A stretch of 64,000 nucleotides of DNA. Source: Octopus sinensis (Eukaryota). Under the pieces are notes generated by a model. That model was given only the letters and a program-made list of their open reading frames with translations. It did no database searches and had not been told where the DNA came from. Both the position numbers and the translations under genes were made by a program. The stretch covers positions 3,224,001-3,288,000 of the forward strand of contig NC_043023.1 of assembly GCF_006345805.1 (NCBI RefSeq), in the 5' to 3' direction. This document shows, one piece after another, positions 63,605 through 64,000 of the stretch (positions within the stretch are counted from its first letter, which is position 1; each line of letters starts with the position of its first letter).

Positions 63605-63765
63605 CTAACAGGGCTGCTGAACAGAATAATTTCCCTTCTTGAAATATTTGTAGCCGAAGAAAGGGAGTCCGAGAAGGATTGCAGCAAGGATGAATGAGCA
63701 AAAAATGATTCCGACAATCTCAAGTGCACTGAAGGTTCTTGATCCATCAGCTTCAGTTTTCGGAT
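63605..63765 (-). CDS. Paralogous last exon: (D)PKTEADGSRTFSALEIVGIIFCSFILAAILLGLPFFGYKYFKKGNYSVQQPC*. Upstream exons lie beyond the window end.
   Basis: Same phase-1 TTGCAG acceptor, transmembrane helix, stop and 3'UTR as 51771-51922, in inverted orientation. Confidence 0.8.
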
Positions 63766-64000
63766 CTGCAATTGATGAACAATAAAATATACAGCTACAT
63801 TTATATATTTGTTTTACAAGAATTTTGATGTGAAATCGTGTATTGAAACAGATATTGTTGTATCTAGGAATGGTCATTTTGCCAGTTTAGCCAATAAAAA
63901 ATAGAGATACAAAATACAAAATGGCTGACCGTTGCTAAGGAGAGACACACAAATAAGAAAGAAGAAAGCAAAGGACCACTGATGAGGTCACAGGAGTGTG

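Overview
Eukaryotic, very repeat-rich DNA, most likely from an octopod cephalopod. The basis is the SINE families, the (TA/CA)n and (CAT/CAC)n microsatellite fields, and a mitochondrial insert with octopod gene order. There is one 100-N scaffold gap at 32291-32390. Most long ORFs in the track are artefacts of microsatellites or tandem arrays. Main real content: (1) a ~3.2 kb colinear nuclear copy of mitochondrial DNA (cob-trnS2-trnT-nad4L-nad4-trnH-nad5) spread over ~33.2-44.3 kb by about 12 later transposon insertions; (2) a spliced gene (coding exons 47288-47333, 47979-48017, 51771-51922) for a ~78-aa single-pass membrane protein, plus a convergent paralogous last exon at 63605-63765 whose coding sequence has diverged far more than its flanking intron and 3'UTR; (3) one complete canonical type-I hammerhead ribozyme (60079-60135) and several minimal or degenerate ones in Penelope-like fragments; (4) three tandem arrays (107, 67 and 96 bp units) grown out of interspersed repeats; (5) a 1.6 kb palindrome, non-autonomous Helitrons including a chimera, mariner, piggyBac and hAT derivatives, CR1 and RTE LINE 3' ends, and several tRNA-derived SINE families. 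All calls were made by eye without database searches. Repeat boundaries are approximate (about +/-10-20 bp).
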